A stretch of 64,000 nucleotides of DNA. Source: a virus. Lineage: Duplodnaviria; Caudoviricetes. This document shows positions 29,104 through 39,623 of this stretch, piece after piece; within the stretch, counting starts at the first letter, position 1, and the number at the start of each line of letters is the position of its first letter. Below the pieces are notes generated by a model. The model had not been told where the DNA came from, ran no database searches, and saw only the letters and a list, made by a program, of their open reading frames with translations. The DNA is taken from positions 32,001-96,000 of the IMG/VR virus record IMGVR_UViG_3300020049_007737, one strand, 5' to 3'. The position numbers were made by a program, and so were the translations under genes.

Positions 29104-31296
29104 ATGGCTGATAATAAAGATAAAATAAAAAAAGAAATTTTTGAGACATCTGTAATAGTACAGGATGCTTTTAGATCAATATCAGATAATATTAGTGAAA
29201 TATTTAAAGATTCTTTAGGTGTAACAGCAACTTATGCTAGAGATATAAAAAAAGATATTACAAAATCCCTAAGTTCATTAGCTCAAGTAACAACATTACT
29301 TGAAGGAAATCAAAATAAAATATTAAAAGGAGAATTAAGCAAAAGAGATATTTTAAAACAAATTGAACAAAGAGAATCAAAAATTCAAGCTATAAATGTT
29401 AGTATAGAAATAGCTAAAAAAAATCAATTAGGAAAAACAAGAGATTTAACACTTCAATTACAAAAAGCACTAGAAGCTGAAAAAGATATTAAGAATGAGT
29501 TAAATAAACAAGCAGAACAAGCAGAAAATGTTAATAAAACAATAGGAACAACAGGTGCTTTATTAAAAGGAATAGGTAAAATTCCTATCATAGGAAATCT
29601 AATTGATACTAAAACAGCATTAGAAGAAGCCGCTAACGTAGCTTCTGCTGGAGGAAGTAAATTTGCTGCGATGGGTGCTGCTCTTAAATCTGTTGGTGGA
29701 GATATTCTAAAAAATATAACTGATCCTTTAACAATAGCTATAGCATTAGGAAAATTATTTTGGGATACATTAGTAAAAGCAGATAAAGAAACGGCCCAAT
29801 TAGCTAAGGGTTTTGATATATCATACACTAATGCTTCAAAATTAAGACAAGAATTAGCAAAAACAGCAAATTCATCAGGTGATACATTTGTTAATGTTAG
29901 AGCATTACAAGAATCATTATTAGCTATTGGTAATTCTTTAGGTACTAATGCTAAATTAAATGAAAAAGATTTAACTACTTTTACTAAATTAAGAGAAGAA
30001 GCTGGTTTTACTAATGAAGAATTAGTTGAAATGGAAAAATCTACTCTATCAATGGGTGGAACTTTAGAAAGCAATACAAAACAATTCTTAGGAACTGTAA
30101 GTGCTGTTAGTGCTCAAAATAAATTAGTATTAAATGGAAAACAATTATTAAAAGAAACACTAAACGTATCAGCTGCTATTAAAGTATCTATGGGTGGTGT
30201 TGGTACTAAGTTAGCTGAGGCCGTAGTAACAGCTAAAAAATTCGGATTAACTTTAGAACAAGCAGATAAAATATCTCAAGGATTATTAAATTTTGAAGCA
30301 TCAATAGCATCAGAATTAGAAGCTGAATTACTAACAGGTAAAGATTTAAATCTTGAAGAAGCAAGAAGACTAGCATTAAATAATGATATAGCAGGAGCAG
30401 CAGCCGAAGTAGCTAAACAAGTAGGTTCATCAGCTGAATTTGCTGGTATGAATAGAATTCAACAAGAAGCAATAGCTAACTCTATTGGTTTAAGTAGAGA
30501 TGAATTAGCTAAATCATTAATTGAAAGAGAGGCTTTACAAAAAATAGGTGCAGCAGATGCTGAACAAGCAAAAAAGAAATATGATATTTTAAGACAAACA
30601 ATGACTGCTGAACAAGCAGCAGTTGCCTTAGGGGATGAAGCATATGCTAAACAGTTAGAACAAACAGGTAATGCTGAGAAAATGGCTTCTATTATTGAAA
30701 AAATTAAAGAAACATTTATCCCTATAGCACAAGACCTATTACCTAAAATATCAGAAGCATTTAAGTGGTTAGGTGATCATATTAATGCTATCAAAACAAC
30801 ATTAGGAATCATAGCTACTATTGTTGGAGTACAATTAGTAGCAGGATTAACAACAGCAATAGCTAAAACTACAATACTATTAGCTAAAAGTATTGCTACT
30901 GCCGCTGCCTGGGCTATAGCAAATCCAATTCAAGCAGCAGCCGGTTTAATAGTAGCAGGAGGTGTAGGAGCTGTTGTTTATTCTCAAATGCAAGACGGAG
31001 AAATAGACTCTAAAGGTGGACTAGTAGTATCAGGTGAAAAAGGAACATATAAATTAGATCCAAACGATCACGTAATAGCAGGTACTGAATTAGGTAAAAA
31101 TAGAGGAGGAGGATCTAATTCTAGTAATGCTATGATAGATGAATTTAGATCAATGCGTTCTGAAATAAGCAAATTAGGAAGCAGACCACTAAATGTCTCT
31201 ATTCAAGTAGACGGAAAAGAAATAGCTAAAGCAGTAGGTCAAAGTACATCTGAATACGGAACATCTTCAAGCACAAATGCTTATAGAGTTCAATAA
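29104..31296 (+). CDS. Tape measure protein
   Basis: 730 aa Ala/Leu-rich helical protein after the chaperones, with a hydrophobic segment near the C-terminus. Confidence 0.8.
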   Translation: MADNKDKIKKEIFETSVIVQDAFRSISDNISEIFKDSLGVTATYARDIKKDITKSLSSLAQVTTLLEGNQNKILKGELSKRDILKQIEQRESKIQAINVSIEIAKKNQLGKTRDLTLQLQKALEAEKDIKNELNKQAEQAENVNKTIGTTGALLKGIGKIPIIGNLIDTKTALEEAANVASAGGSKFAAMGAALKSVGGDILKNITDPLTIAIALGKLFWDTLVKADKETAQLAKGFDISYTNASKLRQELAKTANSSGDTFVNVRALQESLLAIGNSLGTNAKLNEKDLTTFTKLREEAGFTNEELVEMEKSTLSMGGTLESNTKQFLGTVSAVSAQNKLVLNGKQLLKETLNVSAAIKVSMGGVGTKLAEAVVTAKKFGLTLEQADKISQGLLNFEASIASELEAELLTGKDLNLEEARRLALNNDIAGAAAEVAKQVGSSAEFAGMNRIQQEAIANSIGLSRDELAKSLIEREALQKIGAADAEQAKKKYDILRQTMTAEQAAVALGDEAYAKQLEQTGNAEKMASIIEKIKETFIPIAQDLLPKISEAFKWLGDHINAIKTTLGIIATIVGVQLVAGLTTAIAKTTILLAKSIATAAAWAIANPIQAAAGLIVAGGVGAVVYSQMQDGEIDSKGGLVVSGEKGTYKLDPNDHVIAGTELGKNRGGGSNSSNAMIDEFRSMRSEISKLGSRPLNVSIQVDGKEIAKAVGQSTSEYGTSSSTNAYRVQ

Positions 31297-31326
31297 TTAC
31301 AATATTTATAATCAAAAACAAATATC

Positions 31327-31614
31327 ATGGGACTATTAGATCAATTAAAAAATACAGGTTCACCATTTAGTACAGGTAATGGTAAAACACCTCCAACTAA
31401 CCCAGGAGCAACTAAACAATCTAAATTACATGCTGATGGAAATCAAGCATCATATTCATTAAACGGAGCTAATGCTCCTGATGTTACTAAAGCATATACT
31501 GAATATAATGATGGATATAACAATGCTTTACCACAACCATCACAATTAGATTTACAAGGACAAAAACCAGTAGTTGCTGGTAAATTACCTTATTTAGATA
31601 ACCTACCAAAATAA
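31327..31614 (+). CDS. Hypothetical baseplate-region protein
   Basis: 95 aa; ATATTTATA at 31302. Confidence 0.5.
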   Translation: MGLLDQLKNTGSPFSTGNGKTPPTNPGATKQSKLHADGNQASYSLNGANAPDVTKAYTEYNDGYNNALPQPSQLDLQGQKPVVAGKLPYLDNLPK

Positions 31615-31617
31615 TAA

Positions 31618-33453
31618 ATGGGGTTAATAAACCTACTTACAAATCCGAAAAACTTTAAGTTTTATGTCGGTGGACAAGGGTACACAGGCAACGGGACACA
31701 ACCTAGCTTAACTAATATTCCTTATGGAAAGGATCAAATTGGTGGTGGAAGTAGTGGCCAACCCTATATCCAAATTCCTATTCCTGATAATGTAAGTAGT
31801 TTAGGATTAGCAAATAATGATTTTATTCTTAGAGGTGGAACATTATCTATAGAAAATGCTGCTGTTGATGCTTTAAGATTAACCAAAATGTTTTTAGATA
31901 CTAAATCACCTAACGGTTTATTATTTATTGCTAAACAACAATTACTATCTCGTACAGCTGTTCGTACTCAAACAAGCGGTGTATTAAATGAAGGTGGATA
32001 CAATCCATTAGGTACTTTAGCTCAAGCAGGTATAATAAATATAGGTGGTCATTTAAATAAACAAGGTAATATATTTGCTGAAACAGGTGCATATTCTACT
32101 AATGATAATTTATATGGTGTCAAAATAACACCTGATCAGCCATCTGATGAAAATAGATTAGTTCAATTATATAATCAAAAACTAACAATTTCAATAAGTG
32201 GAACAACATTAAATAATGGTATTAATGTAATGACTTATACTGGTGGTCCTGGTTCTACTTTAGGAGCAGGAAGTACTAATATAAGATACTCTCCAACAAG
32301 TCAAACATTTATATCAAAAAATTCTAAAACAAATACATATAATAATTCAAACGTTGATTCTAATGTTTTTTTATTAAGTTCTAAAAACATTAATGAACAA
32401 GTAAGTGCTGTAGCAGCTATTGGATCAGTTTCATCACCTAAAGTAGGAGTAGATTTTAGAGAAAAAATAAGAAATAGTTTAAAAAATAATCTTATAGGAC
32501 CTCCTTCACCTTTCGGAAATTCAGGAGCAAAATCAGGTCAATTAGCATATGCTCCTTCATATAATGTTGCTGATAATAAAACAATTGAAGGAAGAGTAAA
32601 TTTAGGAGATCCAGGATCAAGACAAGGTAAAGATTATAGTGATTATAGCAGAGGTATCCAGTATAATGGTATAGTTGAAGCTGTAGGAGACACAATCGTT
32701 ACTTATACTTCTGGATTAGATAGAATAAATTCATTTCCAATCTACAGAAGTAAAGCTGTAACAGACAATGAGATAAAAAATGACTTAGTAAAATTTAGGA
32801 TAGCTATCATAGATAATGATGCTCCTAATTTTAAAACATTTATGCATTTTAGAGCATTTTTAGGACCTATTAGTGACTCATATACAGCTGAATGGAACCC
32901 AGTTCAGTATTTAGGAAGAGGCGAAAAATTTTATAATTATAATGGTTTTACTAGACAAATGTCCTTATCATGGACTGTAGCAGCTCAATCAAAACAAGAG
33001 CTTATAAAAATGTACAAAAAACTAAATTATCTTGCTTCTAGTTTAACCCCAGATTATAGTTCTAATGGTTATATGAGAGGTAATTTAGCACAATTAACTA
33101 TTGGAGGTTATGTATATGAACAACCAGGTATAATAACTGGATTAACATATGAAATTCAAGAAGATACAACATGGGAAATAGGAATAAATCCAGCCGGTGA
33201 ATCTGATACTACAGTTAAAGAATTGCCTCATATTATTAGAGTAACAGGGTTTAATTTTATACCAATTCAAACATTTAGACCAAGTATACAAGATATTACA
33301 TTCAGTAATGACGCTGGTACAACTACTACTAAAAATGATGATACTGGGTTTGCTTTTGATTATGGATCTCAAAGATATATAAGTTTAACAGATGGTTCAA
33401 ATAATAATTATGATGATTATGGGGACACAAAATATACACCACCCACAAACTAA
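31618..33453 (+). CDS. Baseplate / tail tube initiator-like protein
   Basis: C-terminal tube-like domain (FRAFL...YLGRGEKFYNYNGFTRQMSLSW...LTIGGY); position after the tape measure. Confidence 0.6.
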   Translation: MGLINLLTNPKNFKFYVGGQGYTGNGTQPSLTNIPYGKDQIGGGSSGQPYIQIPIPDNVSSLGLANNDFILRGGTLSIENAAVDALRLTKMFLDTKSPNGLLFIAKQQLLSRTAVRTQTSGVLNEGGYNPLGTLAQAGIINIGGHLNKQGNIFAETGAYSTNDNLYGVKITPDQPSDENRLVQLYNQKLTISISGTTLNNGINVMTYTGGPGSTLGAGSTNIRYSPTSQTFISKNSKTNTYNNSNVDSNVFLLSSKNINEQVSAVAAIGSVSSPKVGVDFREKIRNSLKNNLIGPPSPFGNSGAKSGQLAYAPSYNVADNKTIEGRVNLGDPGSRQGKDYSDYSRGIQYNGIVEAVGDTIVTYTSGLDRINSFPIYRSKAVTDNEIKNDLVKFRIAIIDNDAPNFKTFMHFRAFLGPISDSYTAEWNPVQYLGRGEKFYNYNGFTRQMSLSWTVAAQSKQELIKMYKKLNYLASSLTPDYSSNGYMRGNLAQLTIGGYVYEQPGIITGLTYEIQEDTTWEIGINPAGESDTTVKELPHIIRVTGFNFIPIQTFRPSIQDITFSNDAGTTTTKNDDTGFAFDYGSQRYISLTDGSNNNYDDYGDTKYTPPTN

Positions 33454-33459
33454 TATATA

Positions 33460-33783
33460 ATGAATAGATATCAAAACATACCTAAAACAAAAATTGATGG
33501 AAATTTAGTTTATCAAACTTCACGTTATCCTGAGGTTCCTCTATCCTCTAATGATATTTATGTATATACAACACAAGGAGATAGATTTGATACTTTAGCT
33601 CAACAGTTTTATAGAAATAGTTCATTATGGTGGGTAATATCAATAGCTAACACAGCAATAGCAGGAACCGATTTACCATCAGATTTACCACAAAACTCAT
33701 TAGTAATCCCTGAAGGGTTACAAATAAGAATACCGGCAAATTATGCAAATGTAATAAGTAGTTTTAATATAATAAATATTTAA
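33460..33783 (+). CDS. LysM-like baseplate wedge protein (gp53 / P2 gpX-like)
   Basis: TTQGDRFDTLAQQFYRNSSLWWVISIAN...GLQIRIP. Confidence 0.8.
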   Translation: MNRYQNIPKTKIDGNLVYQTSRYPEVPLSSNDIYVYTTQGDRFDTLAQQFYRNSSLWWVISIANTAIAGTDLPSDLPQNSLVIPEGLQIRIPANYANVISSFNIINI

Positions 33784-33784
33784 T

Positions 33785-36688
33785 ATGGGGAATATAGTAG
33801 GTGAAGGTTTTGATCCAAAAATAACAGAACAAATAATAAAACGCCAAACAATATATGGTTCTATAAATAGAAGTAATGATGAATTAACATATTTAAATAC
33901 TAGAACAGGTTGGTGTAAATTAGTGTCTTCTGTAGACATTGATGATATAAATATAGATAATGTCAGGGATTTAGGATTAGGGGGAAGTAATTTAGCTAAA
34001 GCCTATGTTTTATATGGTGGATCTTCATTTGAATCCAGATCAGGAAAGGACGGTGCTTTTGAATCTATTTCTCGAGAAGGAATATCAAATGATAATTCAA
34101 TAAATAACTTAAATGCTTATGGTGTTGGTGGTAATGAAATGGGATTGCGTCCAATGCCCGGAATAATATCAGCAGAAATAAAAACAGAAACAAGAGGTTC
34201 AATTAAAAGAGCAACAGTTCGAATTAAAGCAAATAATAAAAAACAATTTGATATAGTCGATATATTATACATGCGCTTAGGATATAGCGTTTTACTGGAA
34301 TGGGGACATAGTTCTTATTATGAAAATGGAGATAATGGAAAATATCAAACAGATATTAATAATAGTTTAGCTGAGGCTTTTTTATATCAAGGAAGTTACA
34401 CATACACAGATGAAAATAACAATTCAAAAACAGTAGATGTAAATTATGAAACTATATTAGATATAATTCAAACAAAAAGATTAACATCTTGTGGGAATTA
34501 TGATGCTATGTTTGCTAAAGTAGTTAATTTTAGTTGGACTTTTACAAAAGAAGGAACATATGATATTACAATAAATTTAATTAGTTTAGGTGATGTTATT
34601 GAATCTTTAAAAACAAATGTTTTATTAGGAAAAGAATGGACTAATAATAACTCAGCACCACAGCAAAATACAGGAAGTGCAGTTGTAGTATTTAAAGATT
34701 CAAATGAAATAGCAAGTTATTTTTATGCTCAACAATCAATATTAGCATCTTATCCTACAGGCTCAGGAAACCACTTTGGTGTATTAAAAGTACAAAATCC
34801 AAACGATATAAATGATACAATTTTCTTTAGACAAGAATATCAAAATTCACAATTCCAATATTATATTAGGTTAGGTTATTTTCTCCAATGGGTTGAAGAA
34901 AATCTTATATATGATATAGATAATAATCCTTCACTTAAAGTATTAAAAATAGATACTGATATAGAATCTAATATCATTCATGTTCTTAGAAATCAAACAT
35001 CAAGTGACCCTAGAGTTTGTACATGGAATCAAGTATTTGAATACGATGGTGTTGTAGACCCAAAATACTATTTTGCTGCTGAAACTAATGATCCTGGTTA
35101 TTACATTGATAATAACAATAATAATAGACAAGATCAAAATGAAAATCTTTATGTAAAAATAATGAATACTTATTTTAATTTAGATCATATCATTACACAA
35201 GTAAACTTATTATCTTCTTCTGATTTAGAAGGTAGAGTATCATTATATGATCTTTTAAATATATTTTGTAAAGGATGGAATAATTCAACAGGCAATTATA
35301 ATGATTTAGAACCTGTAATAGACACAGAAAAAAATATCATTAGAATAGTAGATAAAGTAACATTACCAGATAGAGATCAAATTTTAAAAGATTTTGGTTT
35401 AGTAACTACCCCCGCAGTATTTAATGTTTATAGATATCAACTAGGAATTGGACGACAATATGATGCTGATGGAAATTTATTAGATATTTCATCACCAAAC
35501 GAATTGTATAAATATAAACAATCATATGCTGGTTTTATAAAAGATTTTAATTTTACTACAACTGTTTCTCCTCGATTAGCAACTATGATGACTGTAGGTT
35601 CAACAAAACAAGGATATGTTTTAGGACAAGATGCTACTGCTTTGTCTAGAATGAATAATAATTTAACAGATAGATTTAAGAAAATAATCACTTCTACTGA
35701 ACAAACTAATAACTCATCTTTTCAACCACTTAGTCAAAGATATCAAGTTTCATTACAAGCATATCATAACTTTTTAAAAACTTTAGGATTTAAAGAAAAT
35801 AGTGTTGTTGGTGGGGCTCATATACTTGACAAATTACCAACTTTAGACGATAAAGCTATAACAGCTTTCACTCAAACCCAAAAACAATTCAATGAATATC
35901 AACAAGCACTTGATTCGATTGAAGTATCATCAGCCTCTCCTAATATAGGATTCCTACCTTTCGATTTATCATTAACAATGGATGGATTATCAGGAATGAA
36001 AGTATATCAGAAATTTACTATAGATTCTGATTTCCTACCTTCAAACTATCCGGAAACACTTGAATTCTTAATTAAAGGAATAACACATACTATTCAAAAT
36101 AATGTGTGGAATACTACTATAGACTCTATGGCTATTCCTAAAAATCCATTTGGAACAAAAGCAGAAACAACAACAAGAACATCAACAACAGCACCAACTA
36201 CAGCATCAACAGGTCGATTATTCAGAGGTTCAATAGAATCTAGTGAACCTGAAACAATGGCCTTTTTATCTGATATTTTAAAAGGTATAGGAATACCAAA
36301 TCCAAATAGCTCACAACTTAAATTTATGAGAATTTGGAAACAAGTAGAAGCTAATCAAGCTGCTTGGAACCCTTTAGGTACTACACAAGTTATGAATGGT
36401 GGTGAATCAGCATATAATTTGAATAATGGTATTCCTGTTAAAAATTATACTAGTAGACAACAAGGACTTAGAGCCACTATTCTTACTATTAATAATTCTA
36501 ATCCAACCTATGGATATGCTAAAATAATATCTTCAATAAAAGCTATTCGAACAGACACAGATATAAATAAAGCAATGGATGCAGTAGATAAATCATCTTG
36601 GGGATCTCATTTTCTTCATCCAATAAATTATAATAATTATAGAACATTAAATAATTTTATATGGAAAACCCCTATAATACCTAGATAA
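33785..36688 (+). CDS. Baseplate hub protein with C-terminal lysozyme-like domain
   Basis: N-terminal RPMPGI...LLEWG hub segment; C-terminal WKQVE..AAWNPLGTT...VKNY...GLRAT resembles a muralytic fold. Confidence 0.6.
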   Translation: MGNIVGEGFDPKITEQIIKRQTIYGSINRSNDELTYLNTRTGWCKLVSSVDIDDINIDNVRDLGLGGSNLAKAYVLYGGSSFESRSGKDGAFESISREGISNDNSINNLNAYGVGGNEMGLRPMPGIISAEIKTETRGSIKRATVRIKANNKKQFDIVDILYMRLGYSVLLEWGHSSYYENGDNGKYQTDINNSLAEAFLYQGSYTYTDENNNSKTVDVNYETILDIIQTKRLTSCGNYDAMFAKVVNFSWTFTKEGTYDITINLISLGDVIESLKTNVLLGKEWTNNNSAPQQNTGSAVVVFKDSNEIASYFYAQQSILASYPTGSGNHFGVLKVQNPNDINDTIFFRQEYQNSQFQYYIRLGYFLQWVEENLIYDIDNNPSLKVLKIDTDIESNIIHVLRNQTSSDPRVCTWNQVFEYDGVVDPKYYFAAETNDPGYYIDNNNNNRQDQNENLYVKIMNTYFNLDHIITQVNLLSSSDLEGRVSLYDLLNIFCKGWNNSTGNYNDLEPVIDTEKNIIRIVDKVTLPDRDQILKDFGLVTTPAVFNVYRYQLGIGRQYDADGNLLDISSPNELYKYKQSYAGFIKDFNFTTTVSPRLATMMTVGSTKQGYVLGQDATALSRMNNNLTDRFKKIITSTEQTNNSSFQPLSQRYQVSLQAYHNFLKTLGFKENSVVGGAHILDKLPTLDDKAITAFTQTQKQFNEYQQALDSIEVSSASPNIGFLPFDLSLTMDGLSGMKVYQKFTIDSDFLPSNYPETLEFLIKGITHTIQNNVWNTTIDSMAIPKNPFGTKAETTTRTSTTAPTTASTGRLFRGSIESSEPETMAFLSDILKGIGIPNPNSSQLKFMRIWKQVEANQAAWNPLGTTQVMNGGESAYNLNNGIPVKNYTSRQQGLRATILTINNSNPTYGYAKIISSIKAIRTDTDINKAMDAVDKSSWGSHFLHPINYNNYRTLNNFIWKTPIIPR

Positions 36689-36700
36689 TATTGATATAAA

Positions 36701-37342
36701 ATGGCTTACTATCCTTTATCACAAATTACTCCTAATTTATACACCAATGGTGGCGAATTTATCTATGCTACTGATGGAAAACAATATGTTGGATACTATT
36801 ATAAAGTTTCTGATGGGAAATTTTTTGTAGGAAGAACCCCTAATGATGTCCTAGGTAATATTGAATTAATAAAAAATACTACTCAAAACAATATTATAAA
36901 CCCAACTGTTTTATATCAAGAAACATCAATTAATATTATTAATGCTTCTAATGCTTCCTCAGATATAAATCCAGATGTTATAAAATATAATAATTTAACT
37001 AATAGTACATATACTTCAGATACATTACTACCTTATTATAATCCTCAACAACCAAGTCAACAAGATTATCAAAATACAGAATTTAGAAGATTTTTTTGTA
37101 AAAAAACAAACGAAATAACGTATATAGAAATAGATCAAATTCAATACGATAAGTTAATAACCCAAGATCCTCAAATATTGTGGCAATTATATTTACCATT
37201 TTTTGTAACATGGCAATTAACTGGAGATAAACAACAAGTAGCTCAAGTAAATAAAAATATGGTTGAATTAACTTCATTTAGATTAAAACTACCTTACTTT
37301 AACCTTTACATAAAAGAAGATTATACAAAGTATTATCAATAA
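36701..37342 (+). CDS. Hypothetical baseplate-region protein
   Basis: 213 aa ending the structural block; YTNGGEF...YVGYY and RRFFCKK. Confidence 0.5.
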   Translation: MAYYPLSQITPNLYTNGGEFIYATDGKQYVGYYYKVSDGKFFVGRTPNDVLGNIELIKNTTQNNIINPTVLYQETSINIINASNASSDINPDVIKYNNLTNSTYTSDTLLPYYNPQQPSQQDYQNTEFRRFFCKKTNEITYIEIDQIQYDKLITQDPQILWQLYLPFFVTWQLTGDKQQVAQVNKNMVELTSFRLKLPYFNLYIKEDYTKYYQ

Positions 37343-37389
37343 AACTTTGCTTTTAAAGGAATCTTTCGTACCTTTAATATACAAAGGTT

Positions 37390-38661
37390 ATGTATTGGTT
37401 AATAGAAACAGAGGAACAATTAGAATATTTTATTCAAAATCCTATAAGAGAGGCTTTTATTGAAATAATTCCTATACACGACCAAGTCCATCCAGCAATT
37501 AACGATGTATCTTTAGTGTATATAAAACCGTTTAACGATGCTAAAGCTTATATGTTATGCGTTGACCATAGTGAAACTTTCAGCATTGATAAGACAACTA
37601 TAAGCGCGTTAATACACAGTATAGATAAAGTATGGGTACGTGATAAGAAATCAGCGCTATATTATTTTCCATTCAAAAACATGTGCTGCCTGTCCCCACT
37701 TAACCCTACGTATATACAAAACGACACACAAGCACACATTCATTTTCAAAATACGGATTATCCAAAACTTAATAGAATAATTCCAGTTTCCAAGCATTAT
37801 GAAAAGTGCGAGAATATTTATAAACAAGTAAAACAAGTTTTATCTCAACCGTTACCAGATTATTATTCGTTTTATAACGAAAAAGTAATATTAGCGTTTT
37901 TTGGAATTGAGAGAAATGGAATTAAAATAAACCAACAACAATTCAATGAACATTATCACCCGACTAAGGATTTTTATTCTATATACGACAATAGAATTTA
38001 CACGCAGTACAACTTATCTACCACTACTCGCAGACCAAGTAACGCCTTTAATGGTATTAATTTCGCAGCTTTAAATAAAGACAGTGGCGCAAGGTCTTCA
38101 TTCATTCCGAACAACAAGTTTGTGGAAATTGACATTTCTGCTTATCACCCGCATTTAGCCGCCCGCCTTATAGGATATGATTTCCATGGTTTAGACGTAC
38201 ATAAAGCATTTGCTGAATTATACGGTGTATCTTATGAGGAATCCAAGCAAATTACGTTTAGACAACTATATGGCGGTATTTACAAACAATATGAGCATTT
38301 AGAGTATTTTCAATCGGTAAAAACATTTATTGATAAGGCTTGGAACGAATTCGAGACAACTGGAAAATATAAAGTACCGATTTCAGGTTATATATTTGAG
38401 AAAGATAAATTGGAGAATATGAATCCGCAGAAACTGTTTAATTATATTTTACAGAACGTGGAATCAGCAGTTAACACTTTTATTTTACTAGATATTCATA
38501 AACTGTTACGAGGTAAACAAACTAAAATAGTACTATATACTTATGATTCGTTTTTATTTGATATAGGAGATGAGGGGATTGAGGATAAATTGGGGGAGAT
38601 ATTTAAAAAATACAAATTACAAATAAAAACAAAATATGGGGCAAATTATGACTTTGAATAA
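37390..38661 (+). CDS. Compact family A DNA polymerase-like protein
   Basis: TTTRRPSN (TGRLSS-like), motif A EIDISAYHP, motif B KQITFRQLYG, motif C YTYDSFLFD. Confidence 0.8.
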   Translation: MYWLIETEEQLEYFIQNPIREAFIEIIPIHDQVHPAINDVSLVYIKPFNDAKAYMLCVDHSETFSIDKTTISALIHSIDKVWVRDKKSALYYFPFKNMCCLSPLNPTYIQNDTQAHIHFQNTDYPKLNRIIPVSKHYEKCENIYKQVKQVLSQPLPDYYSFYNEKVILAFFGIERNGIKINQQQFNEHYHPTKDFYSIYDNRIYTQYNLSTTTRRPSNAFNGINFAALNKDSGARSSFIPNNKFVEIDISAYHPHLAARLIGYDFHGLDVHKAFAELYGVSYEESKQITFRQLYGGIYKQYEHLEYFQSVKTFIDKAWNEFETTGKYKVPISGYIFEKDKLENMNPQKLFNYILQNVESAVNTFILLDIHKLLRGKQTKIVLYTYDSFLFDIGDEGIEDKLGEIFKKYKLQIKTKYGANYDFE

Positions 38662-39112
38662 GCCAATTGATATGTATAATGTAGACAGTCAATATGACTT
38701 TGATACCTATATAGATACTAACATGTTAAATAACAAATTGTTTGCGACGTTTACCGGATTGGATACATTAGATGAGCTAATTGTTAGTTTGTCTTCAACG
38801 TACACAATTATGTATAACAAAATGTTCGTACTTTATGTTAAAAGTACTGATGAATACGTTGTAACTTACAATGTTGAGCAAAACAATGTTAGTGGTATTC
38901 CATTGAATACTATTTTGGTTCATAGAAAAAAAGAATCTAATACTTTATATACTATCAATGCATTAAATGATTTGATTAAAAAATTAAACGGTGGAGTTGT
39001 TGATCCGACTTTTAGAGTTGATTGGCAGCATTATAGAAACTGTATTTTATTAACAAATCATAACGAATTGAAACAATTAAATACAAAAGTTCATAAGATT
39101 ATTGATCTTTGA
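38636..39112 (+). CDS. Hypothetical protein (true start may be internal)
   Basis: 158 aa; NTILVHRKKESNTLYTINALN. Confidence 0.55.
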   Translation: MGQIMTLNKPIDMYNVDSQYDFDTYIDTNMLNNKLFATFTGLDTLDELIVSLSSTYTIMYNKMFVLYVKSTDEYVVTYNVEQNNVSGIPLNTILVHRKKESNTLYTINALNDLIKKLNGGVVDPTFRVDWQHYRNCILLTNHNELKQLNTKVHKIIDL

Positions 39113-39528
39113 TTAAATTAATTAACATATTAAAAGAAGTAATGTTTATTGATGACAAGGGTAATCTTGTGGAGGATAAACGATGGGCAGTATATCTTGA
39201 TGATAAAGAAGATTGGGATATATTAGCTAATATTTTAACTCAAAAAGGATATAAATTTTTATCTGGTTATACTTTTTCAAAATATAAATTAACGGATTTC
39301 AATCCTTTTAAAAGTGAGAGAGATTTTGGAGACGAAGGAGAAGATGACAATGATTTAGGATACTCATATGCTATGAGTTATAAAGGTGCAAATGATTTTT
39401 TTCTAGTAGAAATGCCAAAGAAAAAATTACAGATTATTGATACTAATTATTTCAATTCTAGAAAAAATAGTACATATAAAAATTATACAGTATATAATAA
39501 TTTAGGAGATCTTATTAAGGTTTTGTAA
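39109..39528 (+). CDS. Hypothetical protein with MIKLxxILKE N-terminus
   Basis: 139 aa; TTG start overlapping the upstream stop. Confidence 0.5.
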   Translation: MIKLINILKEVMFIDDKGNLVEDKRWAVYLDDKEDWDILANILTQKGYKFLSGYTFSKYKLTDFNPFKSERDFGDEGEDDNDLGYSYAMSYKGANDFFLVEMPKKKLQIIDTNYFNSRKNSTYKNYTVYNNLGDLIKVL

Positions 39529-39568
39529 TTTTAATATATGTATAATGGAATAAAATTCCCACTATAGT

Positions 39569-39598
39569 TTGGTGTCTCAAACTCAAGTTCTTATATTT
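39569..39598 (+). promoter_or_regulatory. Bacteroidota-type promoter TTGG-N19-TATATT for the replication operon
   Basis: Conserved spacing; upstream of the gp32-like gene. Confidence 0.65.
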
Positions 39599-39623
39599 CC
39601 CACAATAAACAAATTACAGATTT

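Noticed and set aside
29454-30074. 206 aa minus-strand ORF and the other short minus-strand ORFs in the track
   Set aside because: All lie opposite well-supported plus-strand genes and show no motifs or promoters.
39529-39623. Micro-ORFs (ATG GAA TAA; MYNGIKFPL) and a small hairpin before the gp32-like gene
   Set aside because: Expected by chance in AT-rich DNA; the region is adequately explained by two promoter motifs.
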